From positions 992,001-1,056,000 of the forward strand of contig OZ245842.1 in the NCBI GenBank assembly GCA_965228895.1: a DNA stretch of 64,000 bases, read 5' to 3'. Shown in pieces: positions 1 to 10,412 of the stretch (the stretch's first letter is position 1; every line of letters starts with the position of its first letter). This DNA comes from Alphaproteobacteria bacterium (GTDB lineage: Bacteria; Pseudomonadota; Alphaproteobacteria; SP197). The notes under the pieces are model-generated. The model ran no database searches and was not told the origin of the DNA. It saw nothing but the letters and a program-made list of their open reading frames with translations. The position numbers and the translations under genes were made by a program.

Positions 1-174
1 GTTCAAGAAGGCTTGATAGCCATCGTTATCCAGCTCGAAGACCTTGTCGTGCAGGGCCTGATGGGCCTGCTCATAGGTCATCGTCATCAGACTTTCGATG
101 AACGTGGTGTGCATCAGGTACTGCGCACCGGCATTCGCGACCGTGGCAGCGGCTTCCTTGATCCAATCCCACAT
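1..174 (-). CDS. Hypothetical protein, N-terminal part (runs off the window edge)
   Basis: Read by hand, not in the ORF track. ATG at 174-172 after a strong RBS (GGGGAGGTGA); open frame MWDWIKEAAATVANAGAQYLMHTTFIESLM... to position 1. Confidence 0.6.
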   Translation of the reverse strand, partial: MWDWIKEAAATVANAGAQYLMHTTFIESLMTMTYEQAHQALHDKVFELDNDGYQAFLN

Positions 175-379
175 CGTTCACCTCCCCCGGTGACCGGTCT
201 CGTGGCGCTCGACAGATGACGGTCGTCCCGTGCCGTCAGATCAAAGACAGTGGAATGATAACGAATCGTCGGCTTGCTGGCCAATTCCGGCGAATCGACC
301 GAAATTGCCCGTCTCGACTTGACAGAAAGATCAGTCACCCGTTGCCTGGGCCGGGAAACTCTGCAGTTGGGAGAGACGC

Positions 380-712
380 ATGACGGCCTATGTCATTGCC
401 ATGGTTCGGGTCGATGATCCCGAGACCTACAAGAAGTACACCGCGCTGACGCCGGCGCTGATTGAGAAACATGGCGGCAAGTTCCTGGTGCGCGGCGGCG
501 ATATCGAGACCCTGGAAGGCAAGACCTTCGAGGATCGGTTGGTGGTTCTTGAGTTTCCGTCCACCGAGGCGGTCAAAACGTTTTACGAGTCCAGCGGCTA
601 TCAAGACGCCGCAGCCTTCCGTCGCGCCTCGTCAGAGGCGGTCTTTCTACTCGCCGAAGGTATCGCTTCAGGTGCCGGTGCACCGGACGCCCAGGTGGTA
701 AAATCGGGGTGA
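380..712 (+). CDS. DUF1330 family protein
   Basis: AYVIA..V.DPETYKKY...HGGKFLVRGG...LEG...RLVVLEFPS...FYES..YQ pattern; RBS GGGAGA. Confidence 0.9.
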   Translation: MTAYVIAMVRVDDPETYKKYTALTPALIEKHGGKFLVRGGDIETLEGKTFEDRLVVLEFPSTEAVKTFYESSGYQDAAAFRRASSEAVFLLAEGIASGAGAPDAQVVKSG

Positions 713-819
713 ACAACCGCCGGCATCGCCAAGCCCGTCCATCACCGGGCGTGACAAACCCGCCTGCTTGACCCAGGCTAAGATGATTCACCGCCATCCC
801 GTGGGGCCAACGAAACGCG

Positions 820-1857
820 ATGGGTGAGGGAGGACAAGGGTTAACTGCGCCTGGTGCTGACGCGCCGGTGCTTCTTGACGTGCACGACATCCAAACGCGC
901 TTTCGAACGCAGGACGGCATGGTGCATGCGGTCAACGGCGTCAGCTTCACGCTTGCGCCGGGTGAGACGCTGGCCGTGGTTGGCGAGAGTGGATCGGGCA
1001 AGAGCGTCACCATGATGTCGCTGTTGAAGCTTCTGCCCATGCCGCCGGCAGAGATCGTCTCCGGACATGCGCTGTTTGAAGGACGCGATCTCATCCAACT
1101 GGCTGCCGACGACATTCGCGACGTTCGCGGCGGCCAGATCGGGTTCATCTTTCAGGATCCGATGACGTCGCTCAATCCGGTTTTGACCGTCGGCTATCAG
1201 ATCGCCGAACCGCTGCGCCGCCATCTGAACCTCAACAAGGTCAAGGCACGCGAACGCGCCGCCGAGATGCTGGAACTGGTCGGCATTCCGCAGGCAGCAT
1301 CGCGACTGGGTGACTACCCGCATCAGTTCTCGGGCGGCATGCGTCAGCGCGTCATGATCGCTATCGCGCTCGCCTGCCAACCGAAGATCCTGATCGCCGA
1401 CGAACCGACAACCGCGTTGGATGTCACGATCCAGGCGCAGATCGTTGAGCTCGTAAAGGAACTGCGCCAAGAGCTCGGCATGGCGATTGTCTGGATCACC
1501 CACGACCTCGGTGTGGTCGCCGGCATCGCCGATCGTGTCGCCGTCATGTATGCCGGGTCGATCGTTGAGCATGCCGAGGTCGCGTCGCTCTACGCGCGCC
1601 CGCAACATCCCTATACGCGCGCCTTGCTCGAAACGCTGCCCCATGTCGACGAGGCCGGACCGACACGGCTTGCCAGCATTGGCGGACAACCGCCGGACCT
1701 TCTGCATCCGCCCCGGGGCTGCCCCTTCGCGCCGCGTTGCCGGTTTGCCTATGCCCGCTGCATGGTCGAAAACCCGCAACTCGAATCGCTCGATGAGAGC
1801 CACGAAGTCGCGTGCTGGTGGAGCATCGACAACGACAGGCCGCGTTATGACTACTGA
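820..1857 (+). CDS. Oligopeptide/dipeptide ABC transporter ATP-binding protein (OppD/DppD type)
   Basis: Walker [20 protein letters not shown], signature FSGGMRQR, Walker [13 protein letters not shown]-terminal GCPFAPRC. Confidence 0.95.
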   Translation: MGEGGQGLTAPGADAPVLLDVHDIQTRFRTQDGMVHAVNGVSFTLAPGETLAVVGESGSGKSVTMMSLLKLLPMPPAEIVSGHALFEGRDLIQLAADDIRDVRGGQIGFIFQDPMTSLNPVLTVGYQIAEPLRRHLNLNKVKARERAAEMLELVGIPQAASRLGDYPHQFSGGMRQRVMIAIALACQPKILIADEPTTALDVTIQAQIVELVKELRQELGMAIVWITHDLGVVAGIADRVAVMYAGSIVEHAEVASLYARPQHPYTRALLETLPHVDEAGPTRLASIGGQPPDLLHPPRGCPFAPRCRFAYARCMVENPQLESLDESHEVACWWSIDNDRPRYDY

Positions 1858-2830
1858 CGGTGACGCCCTCGTTCAGGTCGAGAACTTGCGTATGCATTTT
1901 CCGATCGTGCAGGGCATCTTGCGGCGCCAGATCGGCGCCATCAAAGCGGTCGATGGTTTGAACTTCGATATCTACAAGCGTGAAACCCTGGCACTGGCGG
2001 GCGAGAGCGGTTGCGGCAAGTCGACCACCGGGCGCCTGATCCTGCAGCTCTATCGTGCAACCGAGGGTAGGGTCGTCTTCGCCGGCCAGGACCTGACAAA
2101 GCTCTCCGGCGAACGACTGCGGCGTATGCGCCCGCGCATGCAGATGATCTTTCAGGATCCACAGGCAAGCCTTAATCCGCGCATGACCGTCGGCAGCATC
2201 ATCGCCGAACCGCTGCAGGAACATGGGCTGACCAGCGGCCAAACAAAACAACAGCGTGTCGAGGAGTTGCTTGATGCGGTCGGTCTCAACCCCAACTACG
2301 CGAACCGGTATCCCCACGAGTTCTCGGGCGGCCAGCGTCAGCGTATCGGGATCGCGCGCGCCCTCGCATTGAACCCGGAGTTTATTGTCTGCGACGAACC
2401 GATCGCCGCGCTCGATGTGTCGATCCAGGCGCAGGTCGTCAATCTCCTGGAAGATCTCCAGGAGCGGTTGGGCCTCACCTATCTCTTCATCTCCCACGAC
2501 CTCAGCATGATCCGCCACATGGCGGACCGTGTGGCCATCATGTATCTCGGTAAGATCATGGAGCTTGGACCCAGCGACAAGGTCTATGGCGAACCGCTGC
2601 ACCCTTACACGCAGGCGCTGTTGTCGGCGGTGCCGATTCCCAATCCGGTTCAAGAAGCCGAACGCCGACGCACGATTCTGACGGGCGATGTGCCGAACGC
2701 GGCGAACCCGCCATCGGGATGTCCGTTCCGCACGCGTTGTCCGATCGCGGTCGCGCGTTGCGCGCAGGAAGAACCCGCGTGGCGTGAGCTGCGGCCACGT
2801 CATCACGTTGCCTGCCACCTCGCGCAATGA
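1847..2830 (+). CDS. Oligopeptide/dipeptide ABC transporter ATP-binding protein (OppF/DppF type)
   Basis: Start moved to ATG 1847 (MTTDGDALV), overlapping the upstream gene. [35 protein letters not shown]. Confidence 0.95.
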   Translation: MTTDGDALVQVENLRMHFPIVQGILRRQIGAIKAVDGLNFDIYKRETLALAGESGCGKSTTGRLILQLYRATEGRVVFAGQDLTKLSGERLRRMRPRMQMIFQDPQASLNPRMTVGSIIAEPLQEHGLTSGQTKQQRVEELLDAVGLNPNYANRYPHEFSGGQRQRIGIARALALNPEFIVCDEPIAALDVSIQAQVVNLLEDLQERLGLTYLFISHDLSMIRHMADRVAIMYLGKIMELGPSDKVYGEPLHPYTQALLSAVPIPNPVQEAERRRTILTGDVPNAANPPSGCPFRTRCPIAVARCAQEEPAWRELRPRHHVACHLAQ

Positions 2831-2982
2831 GTCGTTGTCGACATGCGGCTACTGGTTGCACAATGTTTCGGTACCGCCAGCGGATGATGTGTCATGAGAC
2901 GGAGATCTCTTTCATCCCGGCGGATCACAAGGTCAGACTCACTGTCTGACCGGGGCAGAACAACAACAGTGGGGAGAGCATT

Positions 2983-4692
2983 ATGCGAAGACTCCGAACG
3001 ATCGTCCTGACGGCCGCGGCAACGGTCCTCTTGGCCAGTCCTGCGCTGGCAGAGCGCGGCAGCGACGGCCAGCTCAACATTCTCTATTGGCAGGCTGCGT
3101 CGACCATGAACCCGTACCTTTCGGGCGGCACGAAGGATATCGAAGCCGCATCGCTCGTGCTGGAGCCGCTCGCACATTACGACGAGGACGGCAACATGGT
3201 GGCGACACTGGTCACCGAGATTCCGACGGTCGAGAACGGCGGCGTCTCCGAAGACCTGAAGAGCATCACATGGAAACTCAATCCGGACATCAAGTGGTCC
3301 GATGGCACGCCATTGACGGCCGCAGATGTCGTTTTTTCCGGCGACTACTGCCTGGATCCCGATGCCGGCTGCAACGCGGCCTCGTTCTTCACCGATGTCG
3401 CCACGATCGAGGCGGTCGACGACCACACGGTCAAGATTACGTTCAGTGTTCCCAAGCCATTCCCCTATGGACCGTTCGTCGGTTCGACGGCACCAATCAT
3501 TCAGAAGGCGCAGTTCGCCGACTGTCTGGGCGCGAAGGCGCAGGAATGCACCGATCAGAATTTCGCGCCGATCGGAACCGGTCCATTCAAGGTAACGGAA
3601 TTCCGCGCCAACGACGTGGTGACGCTGGAAGCCAACGAGAACTATCGCGATCCCGCGAAACCGGCCTTCGGTTCCGTCGTCTTTAAGGGCGGTGGCGACG
3701 CCGCTTCGGCCGCGCGCGCGGTGCTGGAGACCGGCGAATACGACTATGCCTGGAACCTTCAGGTCGAGCCGGAAATCCTTGATCAGATGGCGCAGGCCGG
3801 CAAAGGGGTGATCGTGACGTCGTTTGGGACCTCGGTCGAACGCCTGATGGTCAACCAGACCAACCCCGATCCGTCGCTGGGTGAGAACCGCTCGCTTTAC
3901 CTGGACGGGACCAACCCGCATCCGTTCCTGTCCGATCCGGCTGTCGCGCGTGCGTTGTCGCTGGCAATCGATCGTCAGGTTCTCGTCGATGTGGGTTATG
4001 GCGCCGCCGGTCAGCCTGGGTGCAACATCCTGCCCGCCCCGGCGATCTATTCGTCCACGGCAAACGATGCGTGTCTGGTTCAAGACGTCGAACAGGCGAA
4101 CAAGATCCTGGACGATGCCGGCTGGGCACGTGGCAGTGACGGCATCCGCGAAAAGGACGGTGTGCGTCTTTCGATCCTCTATCAGACGTCGACCAACTCG
4201 GTGCGTCAGGGCACGCAGGCGCTGATCAAGCAGATGTGGGAAGACATCGGTGTCGAGACCGAACTCCGGAACATCGACGCCGCCGTGTTTTTCGGTGGCG
4301 ATCCGGCAAGCCCGGACACCTACAACAAGTTCTATGCCGACATCGAGATGTACACGAACAACTTCGACGGCACCGATCCCGAGAAGTACATGGCGAACTG
4401 GGCGTGCAGCGAAATCCCCGGTCCCGACAATTCGTGGCTGGGCAACAACATCCAGCGTTCGTGCTCGGGCGACTATGACGCCCTGGTTGAGCAGATGGCC
4501 CAGACCGGATCGTTGGAGGACAGGGCCGCGCTGGCGCGTGAGATGAACGACATGCTCGTCCAGAACTACTGGATGATCCCGTTGATCTGGCGCGGCGACG
4601 TCTCTGCCCATTCGACGACACTCGACGGCGTACGCATGAACTCCTGGGATTCCGAACTGTGGAATGTCGCTGATTGGAGTCGCGCTGAATAA
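2983..4692 (+). CDS. Peptide ABC transporter substrate-binding protein (family 5)
   Basis: Signal peptide ending ALA; family-5 motifs ITWKL..DIKWSDGTPLTAADV and PIGTGPFKV; RBS GGGGAGAG. Confidence 0.93.
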   Translation: MRRLRTIVLTAAATVLLASPALAERGSDGQLNILYWQAASTMNPYLSGGTKDIEAASLVLEPLAHYDEDGNMVATLVTEIPTVENGGVSEDLKSITWKLNPDIKWSDGTPLTAADVVFSGDYCLDPDAGCNAASFFTDVATIEAVDDHTVKITFSVPKPFPYGPFVGSTAPIIQKAQFADCLGAKAQECTDQNFAPIGTGPFKVTEFRANDVVTLEANENYRDPAKPAFGSVVFKGGGDAASAARAVLETGEYDYAWNLQVEPEILDQMAQAGKGVIVTSFGTSVERLMVNQTNPDPSLGENRSLYLDGTNPHPFLSDPAVARALSLAIDRQVLVDVGYGAAGQPGCNILPAPAIYSSTANDACLVQDVEQANKILDDAGWARGSDGIREKDGVRLSILYQTSTNSVRQGTQALIKQMWEDIGVETELRNIDAAVFFGGDPASPDTYNKFYADIEMYTNNFDGTDPEKYMANWACSEIPGPDNSWLGNNIQRSCSGDYDALVEQMAQTGSLEDRAALAREMNDMLVQNYWMIPLIWRGDVSAHSTTLDGVRMNSWDSELWNVADWSRAE

Positions 4693-4729
4693 TTGGGGGG
4701 CATCGGTGTGCTGCATTAGGTGACCGATG

Positions 4730-4766
4730 GGAGCGGTCTGCGGGTCCAGGGTCCGCAGACCGCTCC
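4730..4766 (+). other. Intercistronic stem-loop after the binding-protein gene
   Basis: Perfect 14-bp inverted repeat GGAGCGGTCTGCGG / CCGCAGACCGCTCC with a 9-nt loop; usual site of an mRNA-stabilising or partial-termination hairpin in ABC operons. Confidence 0.6.
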
Positions 4767-4790
4767 AGCTTTCCGGTCTGACAAGCAACC

Positions 4791-5804
4791 ATGTTCAGAT
4801 ACATCATTCGCCGTTTGCTGTTCGCGATCCCGACGCTGATCGCGATCAGTTTCATCGTGTTTGCCATTCTCGATCTGGCGCCCAACGACCCGACCGGTAA
4901 TCTGCCGCTGACGATCCCACCCGAGGTGCGCGAGCAGATCCGCGAGTCACTCGGCTTGGGGCAACCGTTTCACATTCGTTACGTCAAATGGGCCGAGCAG
5001 TTCTTTGTCAACGAACCGCTCAACCTGATCGAAGAGGCGACGGGTCTTAAGATCGGCGACTCCGACAATCGCCTGCGGGTCCGATCGTGGGCAACCCGAA
5101 GTCCGGTCGTCGACCTCATCATGGAGCGCTTGCCGCAGACCATGTGGGTGGTCGGGCTGTCCTATGTCGTCGGTATCCTGATCGCGATCCCGATCGGAAT
5201 CATTTCCGCCTACCGCCAGTATTCCTGGTTCGATCAGATCGGCACCTTCGTCTCGATGATCGGCTTTTCGGTGCCGACCTTCTTCACCGGCCTCTTGGCG
5301 ATTGTGATCTTCAGCGTGCAGCTCGACTGGTTTCCATCAATCTACGACACGACTCTGAAGGTGACCAACTGGCCTACTTTCGTTGAACAGGTGCGCCAGC
5401 TCTTTATGCCGGTCATGGTGCTGGCGCTGTTCAATGCCGCCCAGCTGAGCCGTTTCATGCGCTCGTCGATGCTGGACAATCTCAATCTCGACTATGTGCG
5501 CACGGCGCGTGCCAAGGGCATGGGCGAGCGCGCGGTTCTGCTGATTCACGTGCTGCGCAACAGCCTTATTCCGGTCGTCACCTTGATCGCGCTTGGCATC
5601 CCGACCGTCTTCAGCGGTGCGATCATCACCGAACAAATCTTCCGCGTGAATGGTATCGGCCAGCTCCTCATCATCGCCATCCAGGGCGCCGACATACCGC
5701 TGGTCCAGACGCTGACCTTCATCTTCGCGGTACTCATTGTGCTGTTCAACCTGCTCGCGGACGTCGCCTATGGCGTGCTTGACCCGAGGGTGCGTTATGA
5801 CTGA
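4791..5804 (+). CDS. Peptide ABC transporter permease (OppB/DppB type)
   Basis: YIIRRLL start, several TM segments, EAA-like DYVRTARAKG, ending LDPRVRY. Confidence 0.95.
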   Translation: MFRYIIRRLLFAIPTLIAISFIVFAILDLAPNDPTGNLPLTIPPEVREQIRESLGLGQPFHIRYVKWAEQFFVNEPLNLIEEATGLKIGDSDNRLRVRSWATRSPVVDLIMERLPQTMWVVGLSYVVGILIAIPIGIISAYRQYSWFDQIGTFVSMIGFSVPTFFTGLLAIVIFSVQLDWFPSIYDTTLKVTNWPTFVEQVRQLFMPVMVLALFNAAQLSRFMRSSMLDNLNLDYVRTARAKGMGERAVLLIHVLRNSLIPVVTLIALGIPTVFSGAIITEQIFRVNGIGQLLIIAIQGADIPLVQTLTFIFAVLIVLFNLLADVAYGVLDPRVRYD

Positions 5805-5825
5805 CCGACCGAGAGGAAATGCGCC

Positions 5826-6746
5826 ATGACAGTGGTCGACAACGCCGCACCGCTTGAGGCGACGCGTCCGCACCGTTCGCAGTGGACGGATGTCTGGCTG
5901 CAGTTCCGCCACCACAAGGGCGCGCTGGCCGGCGTCATCGTGTTGGGGATTATTGTGCTGGCGGTGATCCTGGGGCCGTCGATCCACGATGTCGACGCGC
6001 AGAGACTCGACCCGCGCATCGCGAACGAGGGCCCGTCGCTGGACCATCCCTTCGGCACCGACAACCTGGGCCGCGATCTGCTGGCGCAAGTTCTGGAAGG
6101 CGGTCGAGTCTCGCTGGCGGTCGGTGTCGTCGCCATGTTGATCTCGCTGGTTCTGGGCACGCTGATCGGGGTGTTGGCCGGCTACTCGAAGCGATTGGAC
6201 GGCCCGTTTATGCGGTTGACGGACCTGTTCCTGGCGCTACCGCTCCTGCCGCTGCTGCTTGTGATCATCCTCTTGTTCCGCGACACCTTGCGGACCAGTT
6301 TCGGGCCGGAGACCGGCATCTTCATTTTGATGGTCGCGGTCATCGGCATCACCAGTTGGATGCAGACCGCGCGGATCGTCAGAGGCGACGTGCTGGCGAT
6401 CAAGGAGCAGGAATTCGTCACCGCCGCGCGCAGCATCGGCACGCGCAAACGCCGGATCATCACGCGTCATATCCTGCCCAATGTCCTAAGCCCGATCATG
6501 GTGTCGGCGACACTCGGCGTCGCCAATGCAATCATCACCGAATCCGCGCTGTCGTTCCTCGGTCTCGGCTTCCCGCCGGACTTCCCGACCTGGGGTCGGT
6601 TGCTGTTCGATGGTGCGAACTTCATGACCATCACGCCCGAACGCGTGATCTGGCCGGGTCTTGCGATCTCGCTGACGGTCTTGAGTGTCAACTACATCGG
6701 CGATGGCCTGCGCGACGCTCTCGACCCGCGGCTGAGAGGGCGATAA
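5826..6746 (+). CDS. Peptide ABC transporter permease (OppC/DppC type)
   Basis: HPFGTDNLGRD, EFVTAARSIG, RHILPN, GDGLRDALDPR. Confidence 0.95.
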   Translation: MTVVDNAAPLEATRPHRSQWTDVWLQFRHHKGALAGVIVLGIIVLAVILGPSIHDVDAQRLDPRIANEGPSLDHPFGTDNLGRDLLAQVLEGGRVSLAVGVVAMLISLVLGTLIGVLAGYSKRLDGPFMRLTDLFLALPLLPLLLVIILLFRDTLRTSFGPETGIFILMVAVIGITSWMQTARIVRGDVLAIKEQEFVTAARSIGTRKRRIITRHILPNVLSPIMVSATLGVANAIITESALSFLGLGFPPDFPTWGRLLFDGANFMTITPERVIWPGLAISLTVLSVNYIGDGLRDALDPRLRGR

Positions 6747-6756
6747 AACACTAGAT

Positions 6757-7710
6757 ATGGCGCGTCGGGGCATACGAGAACGACTGGTTGCTGGCGAGCG
6801 GCTTCTGCTGGACGGAGCAACCGGGTCGGAACTGCAGCTACGCGGCGTCAACGTCTCGAAGGGCGTCAGCGACGAGGGGCGGCTCGGTGCGTGGTCGGCG
6901 ACGGCCATGGGCGACGCGCCGGATATCGTGCGCGAGGTCCACGAGGATTACCTGAATGCCGGCGCCGATATCCTGACCACCAACAGCTTCTGGACAAACA
7001 GCTTCAAGCTGGGCCTGGTTGGCTTGGCCGACAAGGCGAAGGCCTATACGCGGCTGGCTGGCGATGTCGCCGTCGAGACGCGTGACCGCCTGAAGCCCGA
7101 TGCCCTGGTCGCCGGCGGCATGGCGCCGCCCCATGGCGGGCTGGAACCCGCCGACCCCGTCGACCTGCCGCGCGAGTTCGCCATGCAGGCCGGCGCGCTC
7201 GCCGATGCCGGTGTCGATCTGCTGCTGCTCGAATATGTCGGCTATGTCGACGACTGCATCGCGGGACTTGACGCCGTGGCGTTTACCGGCCTGCCGGTCA
7301 TCCTCGGCCTTCGTCACCTGACGCCGGACGGGTTGATGCAGGGCGGCGAGACGTTCGATGCGCTTGTCGCGGCACTTGGCGACCGTCAGGTCGACGCCAT
7401 CCTGTTGATGTGTACGGAACCTGATCCGACGACCTATTGCCTGCCGGGTCTCAGGCAGGCCTTTCCGGGACCGATCGGCGCCTACGCCAATATTGGCTAT
7501 GAGCAAGCCGAACCCGGCACGGCGACACCTGACCATCAGTTTCACAGCATCGACATTGGGGACGTGACCCCCGAACGCTACGCCGACATCGGACGCAAAT
7601 GGCTTGATCTGGGCGCCACCATCATTGGTGGTTGCTGCGCCACACGTCCGGCCCATATCGCCGCGCTACGTCAGATGATGGACCGCTATCAAGGGAGTCC
7701 CGAACCATGA
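6757..7710 (+). CDS. Homocysteine S-methyltransferase family protein
   Basis: LLLDGATGSEL, VHEDYLNAGADILTTNSF, Zn-ligand Cys in ILLMC and GGCC. Confidence 0.88.
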   Translation: MARRGIRERLVAGERLLLDGATGSELQLRGVNVSKGVSDEGRLGAWSATAMGDAPDIVREVHEDYLNAGADILTTNSFWTNSFKLGLVGLADKAKAYTRLAGDVAVETRDRLKPDALVAGGMAPPHGGLEPADPVDLPREFAMQAGALADAGVDLLLLEYVGYVDDCIAGLDAVAFTGLPVILGLRHLTPDGLMQGGETFDALVAALGDRQVDAILLMCTEPDPTTYCLPGLRQAFPGPIGAYANIGYEQAEPGTATPDHQFHSIDIGDVTPERYADIGRKWLDLGATIIGGCCATRPAHIAALRQMMDRYQGSPEP

Positions 7711-8414
7711 TCGACCTCTATACGGCGGCGACGCCGAACGGCCAGAAGATCCACATCATGTTGGAAGAAACAGGTCTCGAGTACCGAGAGACCTGGATCG
7801 ACATCGACAAGGGCGATCAGTTCGATCCGGAGTTCTTGAAGGTCAGTCCCAACAACAAGATCCCGGCAATCCTGGATTCCGACGGGCCCGATGGGAAGCC
7901 GATGGCGGTGTTCGAGTCCGGCGCCATTTTGCTCTACCTCGCCGAGAAGACCGGCAAGTTCCTGCCCGAGGAGCCGCGCAAACGCTGGGACACCCTGCAG
8001 TGGCTGTTCTGGCAGATGGGCGGCTTCGGGCCGATGCTGGGTCAGGCGCATCATTTCAATGCCTATGCGCCGATGCGCCCCGACGGCGCGGTCGTTCTGC
8101 CTTATGCCCAGGAACGCTATACCAACGAGGCCGCCAGGCTCTATGGCGTCCTCGACAAGCAGCTCGCCGATCACGAATACGTTGCCGCCGATGAATACAC
8201 CATCGCCGACATGGCGATCTTCCCGTGGTGCCGCCTGTACAAACGCCAGAACCAGGACATCAACGCCTTTTCGAACGTCAAACGCTGGTTCGAACAGATC
8301 AGCAAGCGTCCCGCTGTCGGCAAGGACATGGACAAACTTGAAGACATCGTGGATGGGTTCAGCAAGGAAAGCTGGGAAACCTCTTTCGGTCAGCGCCAGC
8401 GCGAGCAGAAATAG
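7707..8414 (+). CDS. Glutathione S-transferase / disulfide oxidoreductase (YfcG/YghU-like)
   Basis: ATG 7707 overlaps the upstream stop (ATGA). TPNG motif, PNNKIPAI, VFESGAILLYLAEK, WLFWQMGG.GPM.GQ. Confidence 0.92.
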   Translation: MIDLYTAATPNGQKIHIMLEETGLEYRETWIDIDKGDQFDPEFLKVSPNNKIPAILDSDGPDGKPMAVFESGAILLYLAEKTGKFLPEEPRKRWDTLQWLFWQMGGFGPMLGQAHHFNAYAPMRPDGAVVLPYAQERYTNEAARLYGVLDKQLADHEYVAADEYTIADMAIFPWCRLYKRQNQDINAFSNVKRWFEQISKRPAVGKDMDKLEDIVDGFSKESWETSFGQRQREQK

Positions 8415-8427
8415 AGGCGGTACCGAC

Positions 8428-8441
8428 ATGATCTATGTCAA
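8428..8441. promoter_or_regulatory. Possible FNR/FixK-type box upstream of aspT
   Basis: ATGATCTATGTCAA against consensus TTGAT-N4-ATCAA (2 mismatches); overlaps palindrome GACAT-N5-ATGTC. Confidence 0.3.
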
Positions 8442-8654
8442 CTAAGACACGTCCACGCTGCTGCTAAGGTCCATCGCACGAGGTCATTGTTGATCTGCAG
8501 GCCGCTTATGCACCCTCAGTCTGATGGCGCTCTGAGCCGAGTAAGTGGTGGCTCATGAAAGCATCGGCGGTCTGCTGCTAGACGTCGGATTCCTGTTGTC
8601 GCGGTCGTGGCCGCGTGACCTGGCTGATCGGGCCATCGGGGAGGCGCGGGTACG

Positions 8655-10364
8655 TTGGAACTGATAGACGCGTTCTTCGATGCGGCACCTTTGGCGGCGC
8701 TGTTCGTGACCGTGGCGCTGGGCTACTTCGTCGGCAAATTCAAGATCGGGCGTTTCGTCCTGGGCGGTATCGCCGGGACGCTGCTGGTCGGCGTCGCCAT
8801 CGGCCAGTTCGACGTCAAGATCGACGGCTCCATCAAGACTATCTTCTTCTCGCTCTTCATCTACGCGGTCGGTTACCAGGGCGGCCCGCAGTTCTTCCAT
8901 GCGTTGAACTTCCGCTCACTCAACCAGCTCCTGTCCGCCTTCATCATGTGTTTCATGGGACTGCTGACCGTACTGGTCGCCGCCTGGCTGTTTGATCTGG
9001 ATCGCGGCATGGCTGCCGGGCTGGCGGCAGGCGGCCTCACACAGTCCGCCATCATTGGCACGGCCGGTGACGCGATCGCCCGGCTCGATGTGGCGCCTGA
9101 GCTGATCAAGCAGATGGAGACCAACGTCGCGGTCGGATATGCGGTCTGTTACATCTTCGGTTCGCTCGGACCGATCATCCTGGTCTCGTGGTTCTTCCCG
9201 ACGGTCATGAAGTGGGACATTCGCGCCGAGGCCTTGAAGCTCGCCAAGGAAATGTCGGGCGGCAAGGCGGAGCTTGAGCCCGGCCAGTTCAACGCCGTGC
9301 GTTCCGTCGTTACCCGTGTGTTCGAGGTCGCGGCCGACCGCCAGGCTGCCGGCAAGACGGCCTTGGCGGTCGACAAAGACCATCCCGATTTGGTCATCGA
9401 GACCGTGACCCGGGACGGTGCGACCTTGGACGCGGCCGATGACACGGTCATCCAGGCGGGTGATGTCGTGGCCGTCACTGGGACGGTCGCTGAGGTCGAG
9501 AAAGCCGCCGCGTATATTGGACCGGAGATCGTCGCGCCCGGCGATTTCCAACTGGTCGAAGAGAACCGCGACATCATTTTGACCAATCGGCATCTGATCG
9601 GCCGTCACCTGCAGGAGTTTCGCGACTTCGTCGACGATGATGCCTGGCGCGGCACATTCCTGATGGCGGTCAGGCGCATGGGACGGGACTTGCCGCTGCT
9701 GCCAAAGCTGGAATTGAAGCGCGGCGACGAACTCACCTTCACCGGCAGGCCCAAGGCGCTCGATCGGCTACAGGCGCAACTCGGCTACAAGATCACCGCC
9801 GCGGCGATAACCGATTTCATCTTTTTTGGCATCGGCATGACGGTCGGCATTTTGTTGGGCCTGGTCCAGTTCAAGATCGCCGGCATTCCCGTCACCATCG
9901 GTACCGGTGGCGGATGCCTGTTGTCCGGGTTGCTGTTTGGCTGGCTGCGCAGCGTGCACCCCCACTTCGCGGCGCTGCCGACAGGCGCGTCGAACTTCTT
10001 GCGCGACTTTGGCTTGGCCGTGTTTGTCGGCATCGTCGGACTGACCGCCGGGCCGCAAGCGCTGGTTACGATTGAGCAAAGCGGCATCACGCTGTTTCTG
10101 CTTGGTGTGGCTGTCACCATCATCCCCACCATTATCACGTTCTATTTCTCGTACTACGTGTTGCGCATCCGCAATCCGATCGAGGCCTTGGCTTGCATGG
10201 TCGGCGGCCGCAGCGCCAATCCGGGCTTTGCCGCCTTGCTCGACAAGGCGGGCAACGCGACGCCGGTGGTCGCCTTCACGGTGACGTACGCCGTCGCCAA
10301 CGTTTTCCTGACATTGTGGGGGCCGATCATCGTCGGGATCATCAGTACGAATCCGCCAACGTGA
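8655..10364 (+). CDS. aspT: Aspartate:alanine antiporter
   Basis: Two hydrophobic AAE repeats (GYQGGPQF, AAGGLTQSAIIGTA; LRDFGLAVF, TVTYAVAN) around a soluble TrkA-C-like region; next to aspD. TTG start. Confidence 0.92.
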   Translation: MELIDAFFDAAPLAALFVTVALGYFVGKFKIGRFVLGGIAGTLLVGVAIGQFDVKIDGSIKTIFFSLFIYAVGYQGGPQFFHALNFRSLNQLLSAFIMCFMGLLTVLVAAWLFDLDRGMAAGLAAGGLTQSAIIGTAGDAIARLDVAPELIKQMETNVAVGYAVCYIFGSLGPIILVSWFFPTVMKWDIRAEALKLAKEMSGGKAELEPGQFNAVRSVVTRVFEVAADRQAAGKTALAVDKDHPDLVIETVTRDGATLDAADDTVIQAGDVVAVTGTVAEVEKAAAYIGPEIVAPGDFQLVEENRDIILTNRHLIGRHLQEFRDFVDDDAWRGTFLMAVRRMGRDLPLLPKLELKRGDELTFTGRPKALDRLQAQLGYKITAAAITDFIFFGIGMTVGILLGLVQFKIAGIPVTIGTGGGCLLSGLLFGWLRSVHPHFAALPTGASNFLRDFGLAVFVGIVGLTAGPQALVTIEQSGITLFLLGVAVTIIPTIITFYFSYYVLRIRNPIEALACMVGGRSANPGFAALLDKAGNATPVVAFTVTYAVANVFLTLWGPIIVGIISTNPPT

Positions 10365-10412
10365 CGCCGAGCCACGGCTGAACCGAGTGCACAGACTTTA
10401 GGGAGAGACCCC

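Noticed and set aside
2803-4788. Long antisense ORFs (661 aa here; also 18582-20102, 47455-49005, 15809-17098 and others)
   Set aside because: They mirror well-supported genes on the other strand and have no motifs; typical shadow frames of GC-rich coding DNA.
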